Origin: an uncultured virus (IMG/VR IMGVR_UViG_3300047548_000491)
Taxonomy: Duplodnaviria; Heunggongvirae; Uroviricota; Caudoviricetes
Length of the DNA stretch: 64,000 bases
Virus record (IMG/VR): IMGVR_UViG_3300047548_000491
Span: 1-64,000 of that record
Reading direction: 5' to 3' (one strand)
Below the pieces are notes generated by a model that saw nothing but the letters and a program-made list of their open reading frames with translations, had not been told where the DNA came from and searched no databases. Shown piece by piece: positions 38,818 to 47,960 of the stretch; within the stretch, counting starts at the first letter, position 1; every line of letters starts with the position of its first letter. The position numbers and the translations under genes were made by a program.

Positions 38818-39065
38818 TGGATGAAATAATCAAAGAAAAATTAGAAGAAATGGAAAAAAGTATAGACAACGATGTGATGAGGTCTTGTCTAGTCGAAGGT
38901 GGATGGACAGAAATTAAATTTCATTATCACAGTGGTAAACACGCAGTTGATGTGTTAGAATGGTGCGGTGAAACGTTTAAAGAAAATCAATGGTCGAGAC
39001 TGAATGGTTACTTTGTATTTCGCAAGAAAAAAGATGCTGAATGGTTTATGTTAAGGTGGCTATGA
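38817..39065 (+). CDS. LRW-family protein
   Basis: WCGETF...KDAEWFMLRWL. Confidence 0.8.
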   Translation: MDEIIKEKLEEMEKSIDNDVMRSCLVEGGWTEIKFHYHSGKHAVDVLEWCGETFKENQWSRLNGYFVFRKKKDAEWFMLRWL

Positions 39066-39403
39066 AAATCATATGGGGAAGAAGCATAGGATGGAATATT
39101 TCCTATAATAATTACAGAAGCATACTGAAATACGCCGGCGATAATAATTTCGATATCACCCATAAAAATATTAAAATGGAATATACTATAATAGAAAACG
39201 GTGCAGACTGCTATCCCTGGATGGAATACTTTGCGATATTACCTAGAAAAACAGTGACAGGTAAACGCATATGGTGGCAGAAAGCATATAAGCGTAAAGT
39301 ATGGGTAGTGTGGGGCATAGGCTTTCACATGGAACCACATGTACAATATGCAACAGCCTTTGATTTGTTAATGTATGACAACAACTATAACACTAAAAGG
39401 TAA
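39062..39403 (+). CDS. hypothetical protein; C-terminal half paralogous to 58608-58832
   Basis: PWMEYFAILP...GKRIW...Y.R...YATAFDLL. Confidence 0.7.
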   Translation: MKIIWGRSIGWNISYNNYRSILKYAGDNNFDITHKNIKMEYTIIENGADCYPWMEYFAILPRKTVTGKRIWWQKAYKRKVWVVWGIGFHMEPHVQYATAFDLLMYDNNYNTKR

Positions 39404-39596
39404 TTTAACTGGTGAACAAGAACAATGGCTCGCAAAGAATATCGGGCCTAGGATGCATTACATTCACAATAGTATAGGTGGTCAAGGTTGGATAGCAAGA
39501 CACGAATGGAAACCTGGAATGGTTTCTAAGTATTGGAATCTTTCTATTGAAGATGACCGTCTCGCTACATTTTTTGTACTGATGTTCCCGCAATGA
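39375..39596 (+). CDS. divergent LRW-family protein
   Basis: WLAKNIG...DDRLATFFVLMF. Confidence 0.7.
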   Translation: MTTTITLKGNLTGEQEQWLAKNIGPRMHYIHNSIGGQGWIARHEWKPGMVSKYWNLSIEDDRLATFFVLMFPQ

Positions 39597-39937
39597 TAGA
39601 AAATCATCCTTTTAAAATTACAGAGTACGACAGGTTTGTAACTGTGACTTGGCCTGCTTTTCATGACATACGAGACAAAATGACTAAAGTAAAATTAGTT
39701 GAGGCAGCATTTCAGCAATCTAAAGCAGTTGAGGTCGGGTTTGTATTAGAACTCAATAACAAAGAATATGATATCATGTGGATCAATTCTTTTCTTAGTT
39801 TAACTCAAAATGATTATGTGCATTATGTACAAGACATGTATGTGATTAGAGGTGTTGCTTATAGAGATAAGCAAGACGCAGAAAAGTTATATAATTGGTT
39901 AGAAGGAAAGTATATATGGCAGCTATTAAAGGACTAG
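39593..39937 (+). CDS. hypothetical protein
   Basis: ATGA overlap. Confidence 0.7.
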   Translation: MIENHPFKITEYDRFVTVTWPAFHDIRDKMTKVKLVEAAFQQSKAVEVGFVLELNNKEYDIMWINSFLSLTQNDYVHYVQDMYVIRGVAYRDKQDAEKLYNWLEGKYIWQLLKD

Positions 39938-40170
39938 GAAGTTTTCAACCAATGATTGAGTATGTTGATGTGGTTCGTAATAACACGGATTACACCTCAA
40001 AGAAAACGTATATCCCTAAGCCCAATGATTCAGATGAACACATTAGATGGTGCCGCAGAAATTTAGGAGCTAGGGGTGATGGTTGGGACTTTGCAGGTTC
40101 TGGTAAAACGTTGACTATTTTTATTTGGTCACACAAATTGCAATTTATGTATGAAATGTGGCAACAATAG
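39895..40170 (+). CDS. divergent LRW-family protein (start uncertain)
   Basis: WCRRNLGARGDGWDF...MYEMW. Confidence 0.7.
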   Translation: MVRRKVYMAAIKGLGSFQPMIEYVDVVRNNTDYTSKKTYIPKPNDSDEHIRWCRRNLGARGDGWDFAGSGKTLTIFIWSHKLQFMYEMWQQ

Positions 40171-40994
40171 TGAAGAATAAAATAGGTATTGATATCGGCA
40201 AAACCAAAACTGAATGCTGTGTCATTTCACTTAACAACGAAGTGTTGTTTCGTGAAAGATTACCTACAGGTACCGTCTTTAATGAAATAAAAGAATTGTA
40301 TCAAAAGGCTATCAAATACACAGATACAACGAATCACACCATCGGTGTGTGTATGCCGGGAAAATTAAGCAACGTTAGTGGGTTAATGATTAATTCTAGT
40401 ATTGAATTTTTGAATAATACTGACTTTGTAAAAAATCTACAACTTGTTTTAAACCATGATTTTAAAACAGCAAATGATTCACAATGTTTTGCATTAGCAG
40501 AAGCATTACTAGGGGCAGGGAAAAATTATAATATTGTTTATGGCTTAATATTGGGCACTGGCGTGGGCGGGGGCATCGTAATAAACGGTAGAAGTACACA
40601 AAGCGAGTTTGGTCACACTAGTCTAGATAGTTCAAACAAAATACTATGTAGATGTAAGAGAATTGGTTGCGTTGAAACATGGCTCAGTGGCTCAGGTGTC
40701 GATGTATGGGCAAAAGAATTGTTAGGGATCGATATGTCTACTGTAGACTATATGAAAGATCCCAAAGTAAAGCAGATATACTTTGAAAAGTTTGGATTAG
40801 CTCTATCTAATTTAATTCAAACAGTTAATCCAGAATGTATTGTAATCGGTGGTGGAATCAGTAATAATAGTGAAGTATATTCCGTAGGTGTAGAGCGCAT
40901 CAAACAAAAGTTGTTTGATGATGAATTGTCTATACCTGTAGTCAAAGCAGAACTAGGAGATAGTGCAGGCGTTATAGGTGCTGCACTTTTATAA
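40170..40994 (+). CDS. ROK family sugar kinase
   Basis: GIDIGKT, ANDSQC, GTGVGGG, EFGH, CRC...GCVE, GVIGAA. Confidence 0.9.
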   Translation: MKNKIGIDIGKTKTECCVISLNNEVLFRERLPTGTVFNEIKELYQKAIKYTDTTNHTIGVCMPGKLSNVSGLMINSSIEFLNNTDFVKNLQLVLNHDFKTANDSQCFALAEALLGAGKNYNIVYGLILGTGVGGGIVINGRSTQSEFGHTSLDSSNKILCRCKRIGCVETWLSGSGVDVWAKELLGIDMSTVDYMKDPKVKQIYFEKFGLALSNLIQTVNPECIVIGGGISNNSEVYSVGVERIKQKLFDDELSIPVVKAELGDSAGVIGAALL

Positions 40995-40996
40995 TT

Positions 40997-41566
40997 ATGG
41001 CAAATGATATAATGATTGACCTTGAAACACTTGACACGACACCGTATTGTGTAATTCTCACAATCGGTGCAGTCAGGTTCGATCCTAGAGGTCAAGGAGT
41101 GGTTGAACGATTAGAACTACGTCCTACGATTGAGGATCAAACAGAAATTCATAATAGAATAATTGATGATGACACATTACGGTGGTGGTCTACACAGAGC
41201 CCTGATGCACTTGAAGAAGCATTGGGAGACAGGGGACGTACATCATTTAGAGAGTGCATGGAGGCCCTTTATAAGTTTTGTTGGAACCGTCGTGCTGTTT
41301 GGGCTAATGGTTCTGCATTTGATATCGTAGCATGTGAAACAGGTATGCGTCAGACATTGACTGATTATCCTAATCCTATTCCGTGGCCATTCTGGACAGT
41401 TAGAGATACACGAACACTGTATGAAGTAGCAGGTGTTAGTTTGAAGGATAAGAAATACGGTAGCAAAACAACGCACAAAGCAGTCGAAGATGCAGAACAC
41501 CAAGCGATTGTTGTGCAAGACGCATACATGAAATTGATGAAAGCAGGATTGGCAACACCGCGATGA
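40997..41566 (+). CDS. DEDDh 3'-5' exonuclease
   Basis: MIDLETL, NGSAFD, RDTRT, HKAVEDA. Confidence 0.88.
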   Translation: MANDIMIDLETLDTTPYCVILTIGAVRFDPRGQGVVERLELRPTIEDQTEIHNRIIDDDTLRWWSTQSPDALEEALGDRGRTSFRECMEALYKFCWNRRAVWANGSAFDIVACETGMRQTLTDYPNPIPWPFWTVRDTRTLYEVAGVSLKDKKYGSKTTHKAVEDAEHQAIVVQDAYMKLMKAGLATPR

Positions 41567-42024
41567 AAACATACGGTGAATTATTACCTGGCTTAAAGAT
41601 CATTGAACATACAAAGTACAATGATAATAGAGGTAATTTTTGTGAAACATGGAAGATAACAAATGATGGGATGCGAGGATCGTTCCGTCAATTGAACACT
41701 GCAACATCTAAACAAAATGTCATTCGTGGTATGCACAGACAAGACCAATCTAAGTTGATTATGCCTGTTTATGGTAGAATATTTGACGTTGCACTAGAAC
41801 CTGAAACTGGTAAGTGGTTTGCGATTGAATTAGACAACACCTCAGGTTTATTAGTACCACCAGAATACGCACACGGTTACATGACATTAACTGAAAACAC
41901 GATAGTGCAGTATATTGTAGACATGCCCTATAATAAAGACGTTGAAGAAAATTTCAAATGGGATCAATATAACATCGCTTGGCCAATCGTTGTTACACCC
42001 ATACTATCAGAGAAAGACAAATGA
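41563..42024 (+). CDS. rmlC: dTDP-4-dehydrorhamnose 3,5-epimerase-like cupin
   Basis: DNRGNFCE, IRGMH, G.IFDV, AHG, ILSEKD. Confidence 0.88.
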   Translation: MKTYGELLPGLKIIEHTKYNDNRGNFCETWKITNDGMRGSFRQLNTATSKQNVIRGMHRQDQSKLIMPVYGRIFDVALEPETGKWFAIELDNTSGLLVPPEYAHGYMTLTENTIVQYIVDMPYNKDVEENFKWDQYNIAWPIVVTPILSEKDK

Positions 42025-42512
42025 AAGTAGGATTTAATTGTTCAAGTTTTGATTTGTTTCATGCTGGGCATGTTACCATGCTTAAAATGGAAAAAAAGTT
42101 ATGTGACTATCTAATTGTTGCACTTCAAGTTGATCCTACTATTGATAGGCCTGGCATCAAAAATAAACCTACACAATCTGTCTATGAACGATACGTACAA
42201 TTGCAGTCATGTAAATATGTAGACGAGATACTAGTATATTCTACCGAATATGACCTACTTCAATTATTGATGACCCAAAAGATCGACATTCGTTTTTTGA
42301 GTGAAGAATATCTTAACAGAGATTTCACGGGCAAGCAATATTGCATTCAAAATGGAATCGAGTTATACTATCACAAACGTGAACATGATTATAGTTCAAC
42401 CGAGTTGCGTAACAGAATATATATGTTAGAAAAACTCAAGCGTGAAACAACTCAACCAGAAACAGAGATACCGCAACACAGTCCTGAATTGGTTAAAAAG
42501 AATGAAATTTAA
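42021..42512 (+). CDS. cytidylyltransferase (TagD-like)
   Basis: FDLFHAGH, ER..QL..CKYVDE, SSTELR. Confidence 0.88.
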   Translation: MKVGFNCSSFDLFHAGHVTMLKMEKKLCDYLIVALQVDPTIDRPGIKNKPTQSVYERYVQLQSCKYVDEILVYSTEYDLLQLLMTQKIDIRFLSEEYLNRDFTGKQYCIQNGIELYYHKREHDYSSTELRNRIYMLEKLKRETTQPETEIPQHSPELVKKNEI

Positions 42513-43083
42513 TAGTGACATTGACATTGATTTTAGTAACCGTGATGATATACTAAAGCATATCAGGCACATACCTGCAGCCATGCGTAATGTTAATCCA
42601 ATTCGTAAACATGCGACTGGAATCTATGTGACAGACATTCCATATGATGCAGTGAATGACATGGCTAACATTGATTATGTAGAAGCAGAGGATCGTGGAT
42701 ATATTAAGTTAGATATGCTTAATGTGCATGTATATAATCAAGTCAAAGACGAAATGCACTTAATCGAGTTGATGCGTGAGCCTGACTGGAATAAGTTAAA
42801 AGATCGAGAATTTGTTGAAAAACTGATACACTTGTCAAATCACTACAATAGTCTTTGCAAAATGCCAGAACCAGTTGACAGTATTCCTAGACTAGCTATG
42901 TTTTTGGCTATTATTCGTCCAGGAAAAAAGCATTTAATTGGTCTGCCCTGGAAAGAAGTAGCTAAAACTGTATGGGAAAAAGGAAGTGACGGGTATAGCT
43001 TCAAAAAAGCACATGCAATTGGGTATTCTTGGTTAGTAGCAGTTCATATGAACTTGCTTACAGAATCTTCTTCACAAGGGTAA
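42502..43083 (+). CDS. miniature DNA polymerase III alpha (DnaE)-like protein, 193 aa
   Basis: SDIDIDF, HATGIYV, GYIKLDML, AIIRPG, YSFKKAHA. Confidence 0.8.
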   Translation: MKFNSDIDIDFSNRDDILKHIRHIPAAMRNVNPIRKHATGIYVTDIPYDAVNDMANIDYVEAEDRGYIKLDMLNVHVYNQVKDEMHLIELMREPDWNKLKDREFVEKLIHLSNHYNSLCKMPEPVDSIPRLAMFLAIIRPGKKHLIGLPWKEVAKTVWEKGSDGYSFKKAHAIGYSWLVAVHMNLLTESSSQG

Positions 43084-43438
43084 TTGATTTTCTTTTAGAT
43101 TTCTTTTTACTGAGTTCAAGCATACTACATATAGGTCCGTGTAATACTGTCAAACTCTTATTGTTAAATGTTCTTAAGTAGGGCTTAAAGATAGCCCAGT
43201 CTTCTTTTAGAAACATATTAATGGGTACTAATCTGTTTGATTCCCACCACCAAACATCCCCTAATAACAAAAATTGCTCTCTTAACTCTTGTTGTGCTAT
43301 AGATCCATAATCATATATAGTGGTGACTAAATCATCACGGTTTTGTACTATACCAACATAATCTTGGCCAGCATAGGAACAAACGGTGATGAATGGGTGA
43401 TTTTCTGTTAGTTTTTTAAAGAAATCGTTATGAAGCAT
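43058..43438 (-). CDS. hypothetical late protein
   Basis: TAAATA upstream on the minus strand; WWWESNR. Confidence 0.75.
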   Translation of the reverse strand: MLHNDFFKKLTENHPFITVCSYAGQDYVGIVQNRDDLVTTIYDYGSIAQQELREQFLLLGDVWWWESNRLVPINMFLKEDWAIFKPYLRTFNNKSLTVLHGPICSMLELSKKKSKRKSITLVKKIL

Positions 43439-43512
43439 AAAAATCAATTACCAAATATTTATCAAATCTCGTTACCCAATATATTTTTATAAATATATAA
43501 AAGGAGCAAACT

Positions 43513-44283
43513 GTGTATTCAACAAGTGTTTATTTTTATATCCCAAGACAAACTGTTGTGGTTTACAGTGGCAATTCTACTAGGAGGTATGCGATTGTGT
43601 ATGCTAAGAATCTAACATTGAACAAGGGCGTGGATAATAAAATCCAATTTCAGTTCTTAAACCAAGAACAAAAACCATTTGATATTACAGGTAAGAGTAT
43701 TACCTTTAGACTATTAGATGAAAGTGGAAGTGAAATCTTATTGCAAAAAGGAGTATTACCTACACTAGCTTTAAAGGGAATATGTGAATTAACAACTACT
43801 GCAAGCGAAATTGAAGATATTAACCCACAGTATTGTTCATATAGTTTAGAAATCTCTGATAATGATTATGATCTTCCGGTATTTGTTAGTTCAGAAGCCT
43901 CTGCAAGAGGGGCAGTTAGTGTTGTAGACAGTGTGTTTCCTAGTTTTGTTCCTGCAATAAATGTAGAAATCCCCACACATTTGTTGCCTAATACTATCGC
44001 TAATACAAGCACTGTAAATTATTCAACTAGCATTATTAACACCAAAGATAATCCTATGCTAAGTATTCAGTGCTATCTTGACAGCTATAGTGGTACTGTC
44101 GAGATATATGGATCCACTATTTATAGCCCGGATTTGTCTGCAATAGGATATCAAATATCCAATAATGGTCCTTATACCACTGAATCTGGTTCTAAAGGCT
44201 ATAGTATTTCAGGATATCACCCGTATGTGCAATTAAAATTTACCAGCACTGAGGGTAATGTCACCAAAGTATTAGCCAGATAA
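43513..44283 (+). CDS. putative structural protein (GTG start)
   Basis: TATAAATA and AAGGAG upstream; beta-rich. Confidence 0.6.
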   Translation: MYSTSVYFYIPRQTVVVYSGNSTRRYAIVYAKNLTLNKGVDNKIQFQFLNQEQKPFDITGKSITFRLLDESGSEILLQKGVLPTLALKGICELTTTASEIEDINPQYCSYSLEISDNDYDLPVFVSSEASARGAVSVVDSVFPSFVPAINVEIPTHLLPNTIANTSTVNYSTSIINTKDNPMLSIQCYLDSYSGTVEIYGSTIYSPDLSAIGYQISNNGPYTTESGSKGYSISGYHPYVQLKFTSTEGNVTKVLAR

Positions 44284-44320
44284 TATTGATTTATTCTAGT
44301 AAGAAGTATACAATATAAGA

Positions 44321-45292
44321 ATGTTCGACATTCTAGGTTTAATTCCGGGTAAAAAGAAGCATACAAACAGCGGGTGGACTAGCTTTAACGCAGTCTGCTG
44401 TAGCCATCGCGGCCATAATCCAGACAGAAGAATGCGAGGCGGGCTACGTATTGATGGAAATAATTGGGTGATGCATTGCTTCAACTGCGGATATAGTTGT
44501 AGCTTTATGCTCGGTAGGAGTATAAATGCAAAAACCAGACAGTTCCTTATTTGGTGCGGAGTAGATAGTGAACAAGTACAAAAATGGAGTTTAGAAAGCC
44601 TTCAGAAAAAAGATTTGCTTCAACTATACCTAGAACAGAAAAAACGCTTTACGATTAAATTTAAATCTAAGAGGCTGCCGGACAATTCTGAACAAATTAC
44701 TGAACAAGGTACTCATAAGTTCTATGTAGATTATTTGAAAAAGCGCAAAATAGACTATGAAAAATATGTTCTCTATTGCAACCCTTCCGGTGGTCAACGT
44801 AAAAAATATGGTATTATAATTCCCTACACATATAAAGGAAAAATAGTAGGACACACTACAAGGTTTCTGGATAACAAAAGTCCTAAATATATCAATGAAC
44901 AACAACAAGGCTATGTCTTTAATATTGACATGCAGAAACCAGAATGGAATGTATGCATTGTAACTGAAGGTATTTTTGATGCAATGGCAATCGATGGTGT
45001 TGCACTGATGCATGACGATATTAGTAATGAGCAAGCAATACTACTAAGTACACTAAACAGAAAAATTATTGTAGTGCCGGATTTTGACAAAACTGGTTTG
45101 AAAATTACAGATAGGGCGTTAGAACTTGGATATCATGTCAGCTTACCCAACTGGGGTCCTGATATTAAAGACGTTAACGATGCAGTAGTAAAGTATGGTA
45201 AGCTCCCTACATTATTGGCAATACTTGAAAACGCAACGATGAGCAAGATAAAAATTGAAATGAGGAAGAAACAGATTGCTAAAGGATTATAA
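44321..45292 (+). CDS. DNA primase
   Basis: Zn motifs CC..H...HCFNC; KYIN; TOPRIM EGIFD, PDFD, KDVND; adjacent to helicase. Confidence 0.85.
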   Translation: MFDILGLIPGKKKHTNSGWTSFNAVCCSHRGHNPDRRMRGGLRIDGNNWVMHCFNCGYSCSFMLGRSINAKTRQFLIWCGVDSEQVQKWSLESLQKKDLLQLYLEQKKRFTIKFKSKRLPDNSEQITEQGTHKFYVDYLKKRKIDYEKYVLYCNPSGGQRKKYGIIIPYTYKGKIVGHTTRFLDNKSPKYINEQQQGYVFNIDMQKPEWNVCIVTEGIFDAMAIDGVALMHDDISNEQAILLSTLNRKIIVVPDFDKTGLKITDRALELGYHVSLPNWGPDIKDVNDAVVKYGKLPTLLAILENATMSKIKIEMRKKQIAKGL

Positions 45293-46703
45293 TATTGATG
45301 TACAGACCCTATTTCTGCGTATGTTAGTAACAAACGCAGAATTGTTTACAAGGGTTACAAACATCATGAATCCACAAAACTTTGATAAGTCTCTCAGACC
45401 TGTGGCTGAGCTACTTAAGGAGCACAGTGAAAAATACAGTGTGTTACCTTCTCCTGAACAAATCAAAGCAACGACTGGAGTTGAAATTGATGTAGTACCA
45501 GAGTTAAACGAAGGTCACTCTGAATGGTTTTTAGATGAATTTGAAAAATTTACTAAGCGCCAAGAACTTGAACGTGCTATCCTTCAAGCAGCCGATATGC
45601 TTGAAAAGGGTGATTACGGTCCTGTTGAAAAGATGATTAAGGACGCTGTACAAATCAGTTTACAAAAAGACATGGGTACAGATTACTTTGCTGACCCCAA
45701 GACACGAATTAATAAGTATTTCAATGCAGGTGGGCAGGTTAGTACAGGATGGCCACAACTTGACAGACTACTATATGGTGGTTTTAGTCGGGGTGAACTA
45801 AACATCTTTGCAGGTGGTTCTGGTTCAGGTAAGTCTTTGGTTATGATGAATATTGCATTGAACTGGTTGAACGTAGGTCTAAGTGGTGTTTACGTTTCAC
45901 TAGAACTTTCAGAAGAACTAACATCATTGCGTACTGATGCGATGTTGACCAGTATGAGTACCAAAGATATTCGCAAAGATATTGATTCTGCTGAATTGAA
46001 GATTAAAATGATGAGTAAGAAGTCTGGTCAATATCGAGTTAAAGGTATGCCTGCACAATCTAACGTTAACGATATTCGTGCTTATTTGAAAGAAGTACAA
46101 ATTCAGACAGGAATCAAAATTGATTTTGTGATGATTGATTATTTGGATCTGGTTATGCCCGTGTCTGTTAAAGTAAATCCCAATGATCAGTTTATCAAAG
46201 ACAAGTATGTTTCAGAAGAATTGCGTAACTTAGCAAAAGAGCTAGGCATTTTAATGGTAACTGCATCTCAGTTGAATCGTAGTGCTGTAGAGGAAATTGA
46301 GTTTGATCATAGTCACATTGCAGGTGGCATTTCAAAGATTAACACTGCGGATAACGTCTTTGGTATATATCGTACTAGAAGTATGATGGAGCGAGGAAAG
46401 TATCAGATTCAATGTATGAAATCTCGTAGTAGTACAGGCGTAGGTCAAAAAATCGATTTAGACTATAATATGGAAACTATGCGTATTACAGATGATGATC
46501 CTGAAGGATACGCAGACCAGCAAGCAAAGTATAAACAGCAACCTAGTGCAAATGACATAATGAGTAAATTGAAGCCGCAAAGCACTATAACAACAAACGA
46601 TCAGGTTCAGTCTTTTGTCCAACCAGAAGCAAAACGAGTAGTAGGTGATGTTCAGGGTGCTAAATTAAAAGCACTATTGAATACGATTCAAAAAGATAAA
46701 TAA
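45276..46703 (+). CDS. gp41: replicative DnaB-family helicase (T4 gp41-like)
   Basis: GGSGSGKS, SLEL, IDYLD, TASQLNR. Confidence 0.93.
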   Translation: MLKDYNIDVQTLFLRMLVTNAELFTRVTNIMNPQNFDKSLRPVAELLKEHSEKYSVLPSPEQIKATTGVEIDVVPELNEGHSEWFLDEFEKFTKRQELERAILQAADMLEKGDYGPVEKMIKDAVQISLQKDMGTDYFADPKTRINKYFNAGGQVSTGWPQLDRLLYGGFSRGELNIFAGGSGSGKSLVMMNIALNWLNVGLSGVYVSLELSEELTSLRTDAMLTSMSTKDIRKDIDSAELKIKMMSKKSGQYRVKGMPAQSNVNDIRAYLKEVQIQTGIKIDFVMIDYLDLVMPVSVKVNPNDQFIKDKYVSEELRNLAKELGILMVTASQLNRSAVEEIEFDHSHIAGGISKINTADNVFGIYRTRSMMERGKYQIQCMKSRSSTGVGQKIDLDYNMETMRITDDDPEGYADQQAKYKQQPSANDIMSKLKPQSTITTNDQVQSFVQPEAKRVVGDVQGAKLKALLNTIQKDK

Positions 46704-46721
46704 TAGTAGGACATATTTATT

Positions 46722-46961
46722 ATGCAAAGAAAAACTCGTAGCTTACTAGAGGAATTAGAGTCCCTAGGACAAAATCGTGATACTAAGCATATCATCGAAA
46801 ACCGAGCCCAACATATCATCACTAGTGCTATAAATTTGCTAGAAATGATCAATAAATATTACGATCCTGACAAGGCCCAGATCCTAGAGCGTAAACTTTT
46901 AAACGCAATCAAGACTAGAGATCAAGAAAAATTCAGCAAATCCATCAAAAAAGATAGTTAA
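46722..46961 (+). CDS. hypothetical late protein
   Basis: TAAATA and AGGA upstream. Confidence 0.7.
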   Translation: MQRKTRSLLEELESLGQNRDTKHIIENRAQHIITSAINLLEMINKYYDPDKAQILERKLLNAIKTRDQEKFSKSIKKDS

Positions 46962-47048
46962 AAATCTATCTGCAAACCCAACTTTTTTTGCAAAAGGCAT
47001 AAATAAAAGTAGAGCCTATATGGCTCAACTATTTAAAGGAAAATTAAA

Positions 47049-47438
47049 ATGGCACAACAAACTAAAGTTCACGGTGATTTCAAAGGCGTAGCTAACTATG
47101 ACGTTCGTGATTATACAGTAGGTTCTCTAAATGCAGTTACTTCTGCTCAAACAGTACAACCACAAGGTCCTAAGCTAGACTTTGGTACTATCACTTTCAC
47201 AGGTGCAGCAAGCCCATCATTAGCTGACATCAAGACAGCTATTGACACAATCCAACAATTAGCAGTTGTTTATGTATATGAGTATACTGAAGTTGGTGAC
47301 AATACTGACACTCTAGCAGTTGCAGTATACCCAACAGGTGCATGGGATTTCGCAAACGGTGGTTCTTTAGACGCAGCTTTAACTTCTGCTCTAGGATATG
47401 CTGTTACTACAGCCGCTACAGCAACATTCACTAACTAA
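47049..47438 (+). CDS. putative abundant virion protein
   Basis: Own late promoter, 5' hairpin, AAGGA RBS, terminator; Ala/Thr-rich. Confidence 0.6.
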   Translation: MAQQTKVHGDFKGVANYDVRDYTVGSLNAVTSAQTVQPQGPKLDFGTITFTGAASPSLADIKTAIDTIQQLAVVYVYEYTEVGDNTDTLAVAVYPTGAWDFANGGSLDAALTSALGYAVTTAATATFTN

Positions 47439-47453
47439 TTTAAAACTTAGTCT

Positions 47454-47483
47454 AAAAACCCGAGAATATTCTCGGGTTTTTTT
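47454..47483. terminator. palindromic intrinsic terminator
   Basis: AAAAACCCGAGAATATTCTCGGGTTTTTTT. Confidence 0.8.
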
Positions 47484-47501
47484 ACCTCTATAAATATCAT
47501 T

Positions 47502-47960
47502 ATGAGTTATAGAATAAGATGCTATACGTTATTTGATATCACGCAAACCGGAGTTTTGATTAGACGACCCCCGATAAATTTGTCAGACGACCAAAGAGTC
47601 GATTGGGAAAATCGCAGAAATTCACAGTCTAATTTTGACACGGTTGTTCAGGTGATAAATCTAAGAAGCCAACCTGAAGAAATGTCAATAACTACCTCGT
47701 CTTACATCAACTTCAAAGAATTTCAAAACTTTGGATTTATGTATGAAGATGAAGAAGATCAAATGTGTTGGCAATTTGATTTTTCGATTAGACATAAAAG
47801 TGTATTTGACGACGGAGTAAGTGAACTAGGAGCATTATTCGATGATTGCGAAGGTGTACCTATGATTAAACACGGTATAAAGTGGGAGAAACTTGCATCA
47901 TTTTTAGATACATCCCCTGAATTTCGAAATATTTATTTTGAGGTACTATCAAATGAGTGA
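47502..47960 (+). CDS. hypothetical late protein
   Basis: TATAAATA 5 nt upstream. Confidence 0.7.
   Translation: MSYRIRCYTLFDITQTGVLIRRPPINLSDDQRVDWENRRNSQSNFDTVVQVINLRSQPEEMSITTSSYINFKEFQNFGFMYEDEEDQMCWQFDFSIRHKSVFDDGVSELGALFDDCEGVPMIKHGIKWEKLASFLDTSPEFRNIYFEVLSNE

Larger units (their letters stand above)
34781..40170 (+). repeat. tandem array of about 18 paralogous small genes (LRW family) plus 3 unrelated inserts
   Basis: Shared WC.E.FG...W...F..E.D...F.LRW signature; overlapping stop/start codons. Confidence 0.85.

Noticed and set aside
34781..40170. CRISPR array, integron or diversity-generating retroelement
   Set aside because: The repeats are coding and degenerate; there are no attC-like palindromes, cas, integrase or reverse transcriptase genes, and no adenine-specific TR/VR pair.
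12572..46703. Introns or inteins in thyA, terminase, uvsX, uvsW or helicase
   Set aside because: All are continuous and of ordinary length, with no splicing or Hint motifs visible.
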